Below, piece after piece: positions 1 through 13,265 of a stretch of DNA of 64,000 bases. The stretch lies in the NCBI GenBank assembly GCA_028534125.1, contig CM052824.1, positions 7,378,001 to 7,442,000 on the forward strand, read 5' to 3'. The stretch comes from Lama glama. Its lineage: Eukaryota. The stretch's first letter is position 1, and every line of letters begins with the position of its first letter. Under the pieces are notes generated by a model that worked only from the letters and a program-made list of their open reading frames with translations, was not told where the DNA came from and made no database searches. The translations under genes and the position numbers were made by a program.

Positions 1-2639
1 GAAAATGACCTGGAAACAATCGCGTAGCCATAGCACGATTGTTACCCTGCTTGCAAAAATCAGAGGAACACACAAAAAGGGAAACAGATCATTAGAAGAA
101 GCAGTACAAAGCAAATAGCACAAAGCAAAGAGGCTGTAGATGTGATTTCAAACAATTCAGTGGGTTTCTATACAGTGTGGAGCTTTCAGCCTCAATAAAA
201 AGGCAATTATTAATCCTGCAATTACCCAGCCTTATCGCACTGCCCACACATGCTGACTGTAGCTAGAGTTTGAGATGATATTCTTTTCATTAGTGTGGCC
301 AAAGGGAAATTTAATTAGAGATACATCTCTTGAATGAACAAGGGGAAATATCAGGATTAACAAATTAATCCTAACACTTAATTACATTAAAATGTTTACC
401 ATTCTGCATAGAAAAATATCGACATTCCAGCTAACCTTCTTTTTATCTGTTCCCTCTTATATAACTGTAAAACATTATTTTTGAAGAGGAAAAAAGGTGA
501 GATTTCCTTCCCGCTGGCCTGTGGACCTTACAGGAAGAAATAATCCACCGCGTTTATCCTGAATCCTATCAGTTTCTGACTACATTCCGTAAATACAGGC
601 ATTTGGAAGAAAACAAACTGATATGCAGGTAACAGAAACCAAACTGTACTGATGGAGAGATAGAAAACTGCGGCTAAATGAATCCAGGTAAACCTAACAT
701 GGAGTAATGAAAAGAAGCCCCGTGGAATATTGAAAGAGAGAGTCATAATTGCATCACAAATCTCCATTATCCAAGCCAGCGATTAAATTCCTATTCCATA
801 AATTGTAAATCTCTGCCTATGTGACTTCCTCCGTTTCTTTTTTCCTACTTTCTCCCTGAACTGTATGTGTGCACAGGTAAGATAATGTGTGTGCTTTTTG
901 CTGGATTTCTCAGCTGTCTAAAAATAAGGCCCTGCTCTATGGGTTTAGAACACCCACACAAACCTTTCCATGTGTGTGCTGTAACTTCGCTATTATCGTT
1001 ATGACATTTAAGCAACAGATGCGTGTTTTTCACTTTGGAAGGCAGACATCTGTTTTTCAGAATTCTCTCCAGAAGCTGGAGTTTTCTTGCAGGAGTTGAT
1101 TAAATCAAAGCAGGTCTACCATCTCGCCCCCGACTTTGTGTCCTTCAATCCAAAATATTTTAAGAAACAGAAAAGAGAAACTTATGAATAAGCTTACAAG
1201 CTTGAAGACTACCCTGACGTTGATTAAATAAATCCATACAGTGTGCACTCCAGAGTAATCTATGCTAATGCAATCTACCAGGAAGACGGAAGTTGAGCTC
1301 AGAGCTGTGATGTATGGAGGGTTGCCTGAGGAGCCAGGTAGCTCAGAAATTCAGAAAAATCGCATAATTTCCATGAAAAATAAATTCTGTCTTTTTATTA
1401 AGAAAAATCTAACCTAACATGCATATAATCATTTGTGTCTGGTTCTGGCATGTTGAATGCCACGGTTAGAAGGAGGGAAATTTTTCATGAAGTGTGCAGA
1501 GGAGGAATTCTTTTTCTGTGAGTTGTTTTGTTTCGGTTTAATTTGGGGAAGGGGCTCTGTTTTGATTTTACTCTGAAAAGTAGACATCACTGGGTCCATC
1601 AAAGTGTAGTTTGCAAAACGTGAAATTGCAAAGCCCTCAGAACATATCTAGTTCATCTGGAATTCGTAAATATATTAACTCACTATTCTCCAGGGGGAAA
1701 ATGGTATGTTTTAGATGAATCTTGGATGTAAATTCTAAACAGGTGGACAGAGCAGCAGGAGGGAGGCATCGGGCTTTCCGCAGGGGGCCCGCCCCACAGA
1801 ACTGTAGAAAATGAATCACAGGGATTGCTGGTAAAGGAAATCAGGTTTGCCAAGCCGAATATTTATATACAAAAAGAGCATGAATGCTCCGTAAATTATA
1901 GATCAAGGATTCAAAGCCGTGCGTCTGCAACCACAATCATGCAGGCTCCCTGTAAGCCACTGTCCTTCCCAAGAACCATGCACATATTTTAATTTCCGTT
2001 TTCAAATCTTAGGCTACAGCCTAAGTGTTTCCATGGTGAAAACATTTCTTCCTAGATCCATATTGCGTATGTGCCTGGGAGACAAGTTCGTTTTTGTGTT
2101 TTTTTTTTTTTAATTGCAAACATTTGTGAGCTTCCTGCTGCTGACACCATTTGTGACACTGGCAGGAACAGAGTTCAAGTAAAGAGGTGATGAACTTTAC
2201 ACCCCTCTTAGTTAAATAATACAGCAGAAAGCAAAGCAGTTGCTGTGTCAGATTCTAGCAAGGTACAAATTGTCCTGAGAATAAATAACGGATGTTATTT
2301 TTGGTGGCATGTTCCCAGTGGGGCTGGAGATATTTTTTGTGGAATTTCCATTTATTGCCAGTATTCCAAAAAATGGCAGGCTTTGTTTTGTTTTGTTTTT
2401 CCTAGTTGGCAATGTGCAGGAAGCTTGAGAGTTGTGACTTAAAAAAAGGTGCATTAAAATTTTTTCAAAACCGTTGGCAGTTCAATGGTTAAATGGCCTT
2501 GGCTGACAAGGCTTCTTTAAGTGTGATGAGTTCATAAGTGTCTCCCGGATGTAAATGGGGAAGGACCCTCAGCAATGCTCCCGGGCCTTCTCACTGCCAC
2601 TCTGATTGTCCGGGCTGTTTTGCTCTGCATGACAAAGAA

Positions 2640-2862
2640 TATAATGATAATGATGTAATTAAGATTTACTGAGCATTTACTACTTACAAGACACTGGATT
2701 AAATGTTTTACATTCATTATCTCACTTAATCCTCACTCTGACTCCGGGAGTTAGGTAGCATTATTATCCCCTCTGAAAAATGGATGATGAAGCTGTAGTG
2801 TGAGGAGGTTAATTAAGTTGTCTGAGATTGCTCCTAATCATTGGTACAGCCAGACTCAAGGC
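2640..2862 (-). mobile_element. MIR SINE
   Basis: Reverse-complement MIR core: atttactgagcatttact...ctcacttaatcctcac...ttaggtagcattattatccc...gaggttaattaagttg. Confidence 0.85.
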
Positions 2863-3729
2863 AGACTTCCTCGACAATAAAGCTGTGTAAGACCTCGCAT
2901 TGCAAAGTTTGCCAGCTGGTCCCCAGGCTGATCACTTCAATTTTCACCAATTGTAGTTGTGGAGTATTAGCCTTAAAAGTTACCCTGAAAACCGTAGTAA
3001 ACCCACGCTGCTTGACTTAGGTGAACTTACTTTCAGGGACCCCCAAGAAAGATACTCACTGACTTTTCCCCTCCGGCTTTCCCTTGCTCCAGCAACATCA
3101 TCAGTGTGACCACCTGGTACTCAGTCCTCAGCCCTCGGTGTCTAACTTCCTGTTTCTTCCTACTAGAGCTTCTCCTCCGGGGAGCCCAATGAGATGAGCC
3201 CTAAAAAGGCATGCACACCGTCTACTCCTGATGGTCCTCACCGAGTTGACAATCTCTCGGTTATCCTTACTTCGCCGAAGTTCAGGGTTATTGTAAGCCC
3301 TTCTCAGCAGAACAGCACTTGAGCAGATCAGCTACCAAGGCCGGAAATCAGGCCACCACTACCCTAGAGGTTCATAGGTGGAAAGTTAGTTTGTTCTGCC
3401 TTCTGATGGCGGAGGGTCACACATAACCTGCCTCTGGACCTCCTTAGAAGACTTCTATCAATTGGTTTGGTGAAAGAGCACAAACATTTCTCTCACCACT
3501 GGGATGAAGGAGAAGGAGGGACTCAAAACAGCCTTTACAAATACTGTGTCCGCACAAGAATTACGCCTCATTCACATGAAGTCTCAAAGTGGCTGAACAA
3601 ACAAACAAAATTCTTAGACCAGATTCTGAAGAATTTACATTGTAAACCTGCATATGGTGATTTGGCAAACAGTTTAGCATGTTTTATGTTAGTGCCTGCT
3701 AGAAATTTCAGTTTTTATATCCTGTTATA

Positions 3730-4150
3730 ATTGAATCTATATCATTGTCTGTATTTACATAGCATGTTTTATTTTTAACTTTGTGCCAGTTTCCTCAGCT
3801 TACTAATTACCTTTCAAGAATTGCTCTTTTCATTTATTTACTATTACCTCTACTTTGTACTGTAATTAATTTAATGTCCCCTCTATTGTTGCTCATATAA
3901 GTTGTCTGCAAATTTTTTAAATATGTAAATGATTTTAATTTTTAAATATTTAAACATACCTCTAATTAAAAGCTAAGGATAGGCCCTTGGAAGTGTAATG
4001 ACTGAGTCTGCATGCATGAATTTTAGTGTTTTGAGTACATATTGTCAAACTTGCTTTCTAGTAAGTGGTATGGTAGTACATTTTTTTTTTCTGCACCAAC
4101 AGGCATATTGGGTATTATTTTAAAATATGTTTGATAATTTACTGGATTCA
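3730..4150 (-). mobile_element. Old L1M (L1ME-like) 3' fragment
   Basis: Degenerate L1 3'UTR-like sequence (catattgtcaaacttgctttc...caccaacagg); boundaries approximate. Confidence 0.45.
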
Positions 4151-6657
4151 ATAAAAAATGAGGGGAATTACCATGTTTATATTCAGGCTTTTGCCTTCCT
4201 TTTTTATAATTTAAGATTTACAGTACTCAAATTTAACACATAACTTCAAAAAATGTACAATGGCATTAAAAATGCTACTTATTTGTTTGAATATCATTCT
4301 CATATTAAATTATTTTGAATGAATAAAGTAAAATGATAACTAGTGCTTATTAAAATAAAATAACCTATAATTACTTATTTCTTATTAAAACAAGCATAGA
4401 AGGTAAAAATCTCTATGCAAGACAGCAAATATTTCTTATCCCTTTTAAGAAATTTTCTTTTCTTTAAACTGCCATTGTCCATTTTATTTATTTTCTGTAT
4501 TTTTCTCGAAGTATGCAGAATTCATTTTGCTAGAGTTATTAACGTGTCAGCATTTCTATCCTTTTTGAGAGGTTTGTAAATCAGCCATAAAATATGTGAT
4601 GCCGGCGTAAACTTGGCATATATTCTTAGCCCAGAAGCATCATTTTGTTCACACTTTTTAAATGAAATATTTTGGCTGCTATGAACCTACAAAGGAGCAA
4701 AATCTAAATGTTCTCTGACTCTCTCCGTGTTATGCTATTTTCCTAAAAAGATCTGTTCAACAGAAAGGAATGGAAAATTCAGAGAGAGTTCAAGATAACG
4801 GCTTCAGGGAAGTCATTACCAGTTTGCCCTGTCAAAGTTCCCTGTGTTAATAGCTTCATGTCGACATCAGTGCATCCGTAATAATAGCTTCAGAACTTGT
4901 TTGATTTCCACTTAGGCAGCAATCTAAGGAAAGTGTGGGAACACAGGCAGCGCCCACACTGAGGTATTTATTTACACATTGTAACTAGTGAAATCCTTTC
5001 TCATTTACATTTTTGTAACCAAAGCTCACTGAATACAGCTAATAGAGGCCGACATAGCAGAAGTGGCAACAGAGAACTGAAAAGGAACAATGGTACACAG
5101 CTCCCTCATGATCTGCTCAGCACCTACTGAGAAGGCTCTGACCAGTGCGCTGGTTCCTGGGGTCAGGGTCGCAGGACGTGGAGACAAAGGAAAAGAGGGG
5201 TTTTATTGTATTCTTGTTTAACACTTTTTCAACTTCAGAAAAAGTCAGGGGCCTGTTTTATTTGATCATCTTAAAATGCAAAAGCATTACTCAAATAAAT
5301 GTAAGAACATTTTTCTTATATTCATTTTTTTCCATAATTGTCTCACATGTAAAGCTTTCATTAAAGTATTAACCATATGATCATTGAAAAGCAATTACAA
5401 AGCATTGAAATATGTGTTTGTCATTCTCTTTTTCTTCCTATTTGAAAAGCAAACACTGCCCAAATGTGAATAACTGAAGAGACATTTTATAGTTTTAGAC
5501 ATAGCTGATTATCGAAAGTTAACGATAATAAAGTAAATCTGCAGTATTTGTTTGAAAAAAATTCAAATTTGTATCCTCTATATCTTACATTTCAAAGGGG
5601 AACCTGAGGTTAGTGTAATTAATAATCATTCCCTAAAGGAACTCACTTTCTCAATGAAATATTTAGTGTCATCCAAGGAACTCACCAAAGGGCTTCTTCA
5701 AACAGTTCATTGACCTCACAGAAACTATATATTTCACTTCCAAAGACTGCCAGTTTAGTTTGCCAAGAGTATGCTCCAAGAAATATGTAATTTTATATTC
5801 CTGCTCTAGAAAATGTCTTCCCTATGAAGAATATAGAAAATGAAATCTTTGATGGAGGGTGATACTATCTAAATGCAGGAGAAAAGAAGTTTTCCGGTGT
5901 AAAACACTGCCCATTTCTTTGTACCTTAGAGGACAGGGAAGATATTTCACATCCTCATACAGATGGTTTTTGACTTGTTCTTATCTCATAATCAATCAAC
6001 CACTTCCAAATCACAGAATTCTATTTCCTGACCAAAAATTATTCACTACCAAGATCCCATAGTCAATTCTGTAATATATAATACACTGAACATAAATCAT
6101 TTTAGAGGGCCATAATGAAAATAATTCTGCTATTAGATTTAATTCATTGCTGTCATGGTCTATACAATTTCTGACAAAAGAATTTCAAAATCTGATATCC
6201 TATCAAATATGTTTTCCTCTCTCTCCTTATGTCTTCATAACAAAAACACTCAGGTCTACAATAAAAAAAAAAATTAACCTGTGTTGCATCTGCCTTTAGA
6301 GCAGATACCAAGACTCTTTAGTTTACACTGACTACTTTTCTGGGCTTCCAAATGAGAAAATTATATTCAGTGACTTCTGAAGTCAGTTCAACAACCAAAC
6401 TTGCTTCATGTCACTGGAGCTCTCTGTCAAAAGTCATCCAGCTGTATGCTCAAAGCTGTGAATTCCACATTAATTTTGAAAATCACTTTATTTGAATACC
6501 GTTCCTCCTTCTTACCATAAATACAAAAGACATAAGCACCTGAGATTTTAAAAAAGCCATCAAAATTACCTACAGTGCTCTACTCATTTACAATTGCCAA
6601 CTGATAATTAACCATTAGAATAACCAGGTTTGAGCACAGCCAGTTGAATCTTATCTG

Positions 6658-6802
6658 NNNNNNNNNNNNNNNNNNNNNNNNNNNNNNNNNNNNNNNNNNN
6701 NNNNNNNNNNNNNNNNNNNNNNNNNNNNNNNNNNNNNNNNNNNNNNNNNNNNNNNNNNNNNNNNNNNNNNNNNNNNNNNNNNNNNNNNNNNNNNNNNNNN
6801 NN
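6658..6802. other. Assembly gap (145 N)
   Basis: Run of N seen directly. Confidence 1.
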
Positions 6803-6999
6803 TATAGCTGTATACACAGAGACATGCCTAGGTCTGCTTTAGTAATCAATTGCACATTGAAAATTAGTTCAATTGTGTCTACAGAGGAAATATGAAAAAA
6901 ATTATTTTGAGGTCTCCATCAATGCACAGTGGGGTGGTCACACATGTGTGTGTATGTTCAAATTAACTTCAAACTCAAGTTATTTTTATTGAGATAACC

Positions 7000-8230
7000 C
7001 CAGCCTAGGATTCAGTGTAAAAGAGCAGCTCTGTTGCATTCTTTCTCATCTGCCAGCTCTTTTCACCAAAGGAAAGTATTCCCATCCACTTGTTCTTGTA
7101 TTTGCCTTAAAACTCATAAATAATGTGCACACATTACCAGGGATTGATTCTGTATTTTGAATATTGCTTAATGGTTTGCTATTATTGTAGATACAGATTT
7201 AATCTGCCTACACTAGTATTTCCATCCAGATTTTTTCCACCTATCATTTTCATGTAACTTTTAGATTAAATAGTTATTTAATGTTCATACTATTTTGAAT
7301 ACATAAAAATAATATACTGGTGGGTCAAATGACATTAATTTTTCATTCCTATATGATAAGTAGTTTCTCCTGTTATTTAGAATTGCCTTGTTTTTTGTTT
7401 GAACACTCATTTCTGTACTAACCAACTCCTCTATAATTTTCAGTAGCCATTAAAAGTATAATTTTTCATATATTCAGATACCATAAAGAATTTATCATCT
7501 CAATTTATTTGCAGACCTCTCCTTCTGGAATTCTTACATCTTCCTGCTCCAATATGAATTGGTTACTCCTTTGGTCTACCACACAGCTCTTTTCCTGGAA
7601 CTTCTGTTCCCAGCCATCTTTTGCCTAGCTTTCGTGTTGGATCCCAAGTTTCTTTGATCTCCTGTCTCGTCCCTTTTTGTTTAATTTTTGCAATTTGGTA
7701 AATTCCTGATTAAGTGTGTAAGACAGCATTTTTTTCTTGTTTGGTAAATGTCTTTTGTATCATCGCACTGGTTTGTTAATTTCCCCAGTATTGAATTCTA
7801 CGATGAAACTCAGTTTCCCTCGGAATTTGAAATTATTACTCTTCTTGGCTTCTGACTGTCAGTATTTCTTTGGGGAGTCTCCTGACTTTGTATGAGAACT
7901 CTTATTTTTCTACTCTTTGCAGACTTTGAGCTCTTCTCTTAATCGCTTTGGTTATGAAAATTTAATGATGATTGTGCATTTTAATCATCATTGCTTTACA
8001 CATCTATTGTAATATTTATTTGATAATTTTCTTCAATATTTTTCTCTTTCTGAAATTTATTAGTTAGATATTTGACCTCCTAAGTCAAATTCCTAATCAT
8101 TTAAAAAGTATAGTTTTCTCCTGCTGTCTATGACCCAGTCTTTTTGTGTTACTCCCTGCAAGGTTTCCTTAATTTTTATCTTTCATTTTTTCCCTTGAAT
8201 TAAATTTGGTATATTTTGTTTCAATGGTAG
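7000..8230 (-). mobile_element. Ancient L1M ORF1-region / HAL1-like fossil
   Basis: T-rich antisense ORF1-type motif: gtattgaattctacg...tttccctcggaatttgaaattattactcttcttggcttctg...ggggagtct. Confidence 0.6.
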
Positions 8231-8269
8231 GAATTGTCTGATGGGAACATCCATGCATTATGATCATGA

Positions 8270-9200
8270 GCCCCACTAACTCATATCCATCTCCTGCTAT
8301 ATACTCCCTTCCCTCCTGTTATACTGAAAAGATTGTCTGTGTTTCCACTTTGGGCAACATCATTACTTCATTTATTCATGTTTGTATTCACTATTTGTGT
8401 ATATGTTTGTTCAATGAAGAATTATTGTATAGCTATTAGATGCCTATTACCTAACTCTAGTTGGGACAACTGTGGAAAATATATCTGTCTTCATAGAGTC
8501 TTATTTGAGGGGCTGAGAAGACAATAAGCAAACAAATTTTATCCTGGATGATATATTAGAACATTACGACTCCAGTGATTTTCATCTTTCGAAGGATTTT
8601 GCTTTTGCAACCAATCCCATCATCTCTTGCATTATCAACCTCAGTAGCAACTGTAAAATTTCTAATAGCACATAAACTATTATATATCCCAACTTAAGAA
8701 AAGTTCTTACACTTCCAAGTGCCCTTTTATCTGTTGACACATTTCTCTGCTCCCTTTCAGGACAAAACTCCTAGAATTTGTTGTCTCTATTCACTGTCAT
8801 CTCTTTCCCACTTCCTCACTTCTTGTTCACTCCATCACATCATCAAACTGCTATTATCAAGGCCACACTGCTGCCAAGACTGATGGACAATGCTTAATCC
8901 TACTGTCAACTCAACTTGGCATTAGAAAAAATTGATCACTTTTTCCTTTTTCAGACTCTTCCTTGGACGTTCAGAATACTGTCCTTATCTCCTCCAACCC
9001 CATGAGCTGTTCCTTCTCAGTTTCCCTTTCTGGCCAAGCCTCTGCACAGTGGCATGGTTATTTATACACACCCTTAGCTTACTACTCTCACCCACTTCTC
9101 TTCACTAGGTGAGCTCATCCAGCTCCATATCTAAATGTCATGTGTATAATGATGAGCTCTAAACCCACATAGCCTGGTGCCTATTTTTGATATCTTCACT
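8270..9200 (+). mobile_element. L2 LINE, RT-region fossil (probably interrupted by a MIR fragment at about 8340-8540)
   Basis: catttctctgctccctttcaggacaaaactcctagaa (remnant of the PISLLP..SKLLE motif), aaactgctattatcaaggccac, ttgatcactttttcctt, ctaggtgagctcatccag. Confidence 0.8.
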
Positions 9201-9209
9201 GGGATAACA

Positions 9210-9450
9210 ATGAATAATAATAGCTAACAGTAAATGCTGAGCACTTTCCATGAGCCAGAAATGGCTCTAGGAACAGTTAGAACATGAAATACTACGTTTG
9301 ATTTCCCAGAAAATGATTTTACAAATGATGAAGTTAAAGCAAAGAGCGCTTAATTCAGTTCCTAACATTATACAGATAATGAGTGATTTAACCAAATTTA
9401 AACCTAAACAGCCTGGCTCCACCTGCCTATGCTCTTGCCGATACACTCTA
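9210..9450 (-). mobile_element. MIR SINE
   Basis: aatagctaacagtaaatgctgagcactttcc...ttttacaaatgatgaagttaaagc...cctggctcca. Confidence 0.75.
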
Positions 9451-9513
9451 TTTCTTCTGGCTAATTAACAGTTGGCATTTCAGACTAAATACAGGAAGAT
9501 CCTTCATTTTAAT

Positions 9514-10458
9514 CAGATGTGTTTCTGGTAGCAGCCCATGCAATATCTATGTGTGTTTATATGTAAATATACAAACCATATTCAAAGATTATATAGATGC
9601 ATGCTTGGGGCAAAAATGAGGTAGCAGTTGATTTCCAGGAGAGTCAACCAATGTACACTCTCAAAATAATATTTTGCCTATTTCCTGCTTTCAATCAGCT
9701 GAAAATGTGATCACAATAAGCATTAATACTAAGGACTTGGGAGGAAAGAAAATCTAAAGCCGGTGGAAGAAGTTGAAGAAATATTTCTAAATATCATGGT
9801 AAGAACTTGTCGTACATGTAAATGAATTTGATAACCAAACACAGGTTAACGTACTGCTGAACGAAACTGAAGTTGACAAAAATAAGCTGACAGTATTTCT
9901 ACAGGATAAGTGAACATGCTTCTTGCTTCATGTGACATTTACTATTGATTTCATATAATGTGGAATGATATCATAACCGAAATAGTAATAGACTCCATCA
10001 ATAACTGGAAACAGCACAAATTGAGTACAAGCAACATGAAAAGCGAGAGTCACCAGTTCACGTAGTCAATAAAGATCACAGCTTTCCAGATCATGCTCGA
10101 GGTGCCGTTAACAATCACACTCCCCACTTACAGCAGACAACAGTGTGCAGCTGATGGCTGATGATCGTCTTGGACACAATGTCAGGTCTTCTATGCATCT
10201 TGGGCCACATATTTGAAATTTCACTGATTGTCAGAATCCTCGATTCAATGCTTGCTCAAAGCAGCTGCTTCTTTTTCCGTTGTTACTGTTGAATATATTG
10301 GGAGAAAACAACTGAAGAGCCAATTCCATAGATTTCTTAGGTCGTTTTTGAAATTCAGGTGAATTTATGACACAATGAGCATGAACATAAAGTTTATTAG
10401 AAGCAATTGTACTATAATAAAAATTGAGTGTGCCTGATGTGGTTATAGCAAACACCTG
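9514..10458 (+). mobile_element. hAT DNA transposon internal remnant (transposase C-terminus; Tip100/Zaphod/Arthur-like)
   Basis: Frameshifted translation at about 10080-10250 gives FPD..LEVPLTI...MADDRLGH...SSMH...RILD, resembling the hAT dimerisation motif FP.L..L.IALTIP...RSTM..DRL..L..LSI; possible terminus agcaaacacctg at 10447-10458; left end uncertain. Confidence 0.55.
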
Positions 10459-11039
10459 CCACTCACACAGCCGTCCTTCCGTAAACCCATCTGACTAACT
10501 CTATTTTGCTTTCTGATCGTATCAGGGTAGCTTGAGGCATCACAGTGACTTGAGTGACAGGAGTCCACTATAGCACAGGGTGACGCATACGTTTGTTTTG
10601 TTTATAGGAATCATCCCTCCTTGAAAAATGTAAATTTTTAAATTGCTTTTTATTGAAAAAAAAAGGTGTATAAGGGAACTGTATTGTTGTCTTCACTGCT
10701 TAAAAAGTCAAAGTTATTATAGTCTCCAGTTTTCATAAAAATTTTACTAACTTTTTAAATTGACTTTTTGGTTTTGTAATGAAAAAGAACATGAATTATT
10801 TAATAGCTCCAGACAGGTTTGCTTTTTAAAATATATATATATGAAAACCACACAGTACAATGAAAGAGACAATGTACAAGAAAACATGGCACTCATCACC
10901 TTTATAAGAGGTTAACATCCTTCCATCTGCCGCCACAAAAACAGCCAAAATCATCTTTAAATTTTAAAGTATGTTGGCATGAGGTTTCTTGTATGTCATA
11001 TACGACTGTAGTAAATATTTGTTACGGAATCCTTATTTG

Positions 11040-11300
11040 AGAATGTTAGCATGCTAGCTTTGGAAGGGACGTCTGAGAACACCAAGTCTCATCCTGGAAG
11101 CAACATAGAAATTTCCTCAATGGTACTCCTGTCAGAAGGTTTTCTAGCATTTGCTCAATATTGACCTTGAGAGGAAATATAACACTTCACAAGGCGGTTT
11201 TCTGAATTAGAAAATTCCCTGTTGTAGGAAGATGTGCTCGTATTAAGCTAACATCTGTCTTGTCTTTACTTCACAGAATGGCCCTCCAAAGCTACAGAGC
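11040..11300 (-). mobile_element. L3/CR1 LINE 3' fragment
   Basis: ttggaagggacgtctgagaacacc...cctgtcagaagg...acacttcacaaggcgg...gttgtaggaag resembles the antisense L3 3' region. Confidence 0.6.
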
Positions 11301-13159
11301 ACAACAAAATATCTTAAAACAGAGACCCTTAATACCTGTGCAATTATGTGAAATTTTACTTTGATGTGGAAGTGTGATCAATTGTTTGAACTGTTCATGT
11401 GAATATCATGGAGGAAACCGTTAACAGAAATGAATCTCAATATCACGTAGATAAAATAAAGGCAGTGTCTTTATATACTGAAATTGATTTATCAGAACAA
11501 ATCAATTCCCAGTTTTGACAAGACTGGGGGAAAAAAATATCAAACCCAAGTGGGAAGAAAATGCATGAGGATTTGGATTCCTGCACTTTTCTTGGGTCTC
11601 ATTTGACCGTATCTTCATTCCCTCACAACACAGCAAATGTAACAGGTCATACATCAAACACTGTCAACAGCTTTCCACCATCAGAGCTGCCGTGTAGGCA
11701 AAATACAGTCCCTTGCCAATAAACTCACGCTTTCTCTTCATTTATTTCAATCTGGAAGTTGGCTTTAAACATGATATGTTTATTTGCCAAGCAGTAAATT
11801 AACTTGTGAGTAGGAGAGAGAATTTAAAAAGAAGAAAACAGTGCATACAGATTCCAGTAGGTCTGCAGCACGGCATCACTGTTCTGCACTAAAAAGAAAC
11901 AAAGGTCGCTTGCTTTGTTTGTGTGTTTTTTTTTAATCCAATGGCCTCAAGGACAACTTGGCCTTCACGACTATATTTTTGTCTTTGAATACCTGGCATT
12001 CTCTGAGTGTAGTTATTAATCAGGAAAATGTTCCAATGGATTACTTGAAAGAGAAGACAGGAATTTAGAATTTAGCACAGCCGTGTTATTTTAATGGTGA
12101 TTAAGCTAAGGGTAAACTTCAGTTCTCCTGACTCAGAATTCTGATTGTTTGAGCAATGGAGGCAAAACAACCAGAAGGGTCACTAAAACTTTTGCTGAGT
12201 CATGCATTTTTGTGTTTTTTCATGGGCAAATGCCGACACATTTCTAAATGAAATGTTCTCTCTGCTTTGAGTTAGGAGGAAGGGGATAATGAGCAGGGAA
12301 AAGGTTAGGACCTACCCGTTCCTCTGTCAAACTTGGATAATGAAAAATGGACACCTTGTGCATTTTTAAGAGAACTTACGTTTTTTCTGGTTTGTATTGA
12401 GTAGCAGAAAGAAACTGATCTTCTCAAACTTTGTCATTTCCACTCAGAATTTTAAAATATGTATCATTGTTTAATGAAGTGAATTTTGAAGAGAGATCAT
12501 AAACAAAGGAGAAGTAGCTGTGTAGAGGTAAAAATGAGGCTTTTCCTTTCTGGTAGGAGAAAGATGCAATATAAAACATGGAAAGAATTTATTCTGATAA
12601 AGTTGTAGAAAGGAAAATAATAAATCAAAGACAGGTGAAAAATAAGGTACACAGAATGCCGAAGACATGAGATACGGACTTGAAATCTGCGGTCTAGAGG
12701 CCTTGGGTAAACCGAGTACAATTTGCCATTGATGTAGAGGGCAAGAAGGATGAGCTTTTTTTTTTGTTTCTGTTTTTGCAATTTCTCATCATGCTGGTAT
12801 TTTTCTTATAAAACCACAAGAATATCAGCTACATAACCTTTAGCTCAGTCTTGTTTTCTTTTTTGTTATACACCTCAAACCCTATGAACCTTGGAGATAT
12901 ATAAATCACCCATCTTAGGCCAGGACAAGAATACATTAGATTCATCTTTATAAAAATTAGAACATGATAAAAAGCTTCCATTTATTTTTGCTTTGAAAAG
13001 TAGCCTTTTTCTAAGAATTCATATCTTCATAAATGAGAGACATCCCAGTTCCGTGCTTAATTGTTACTTTGAAACCATTCCGGTTCCCTAAAAGCAAGTT
13101 CCACCTCCCTGCATTACATCTGCGTGCTTTCACATGATTCAGAAAAGTCTGATACATCG

Positions 13160-13265
13160 TAGGGTGACTAAACGTGTCCTGGGACCAAGGTGCTTCATGG
13201 GACACAGAATTTGCAGTGTCAGAATTGGGAAGGGTCTGGACAAACTGGGATAGCTGGTCACCCTG
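13160..13265. mobile_element. MER94-like hAT-Blackjack MITE
   Basis: Terminal inverted repeats (t)agggtgac ... gtcaccct(g); internal ggacaaactgggatagctggtcaccct typical of MER94/MER81. Confidence 0.8.

Noticed and set aside
534-628. Possible 95-nt + strand exon (EEIIHRVYPESYQFLTTFRKYRHLEENKLIC) between ttacag and gtaaca
   Set aside because: Splice sites only moderate, peptide unrecognised, no partner exon; not supportable without alignment or RNA data
6580-6895. ORFs spanning the N run
   Set aside because: Artefacts of translating the assembly gap
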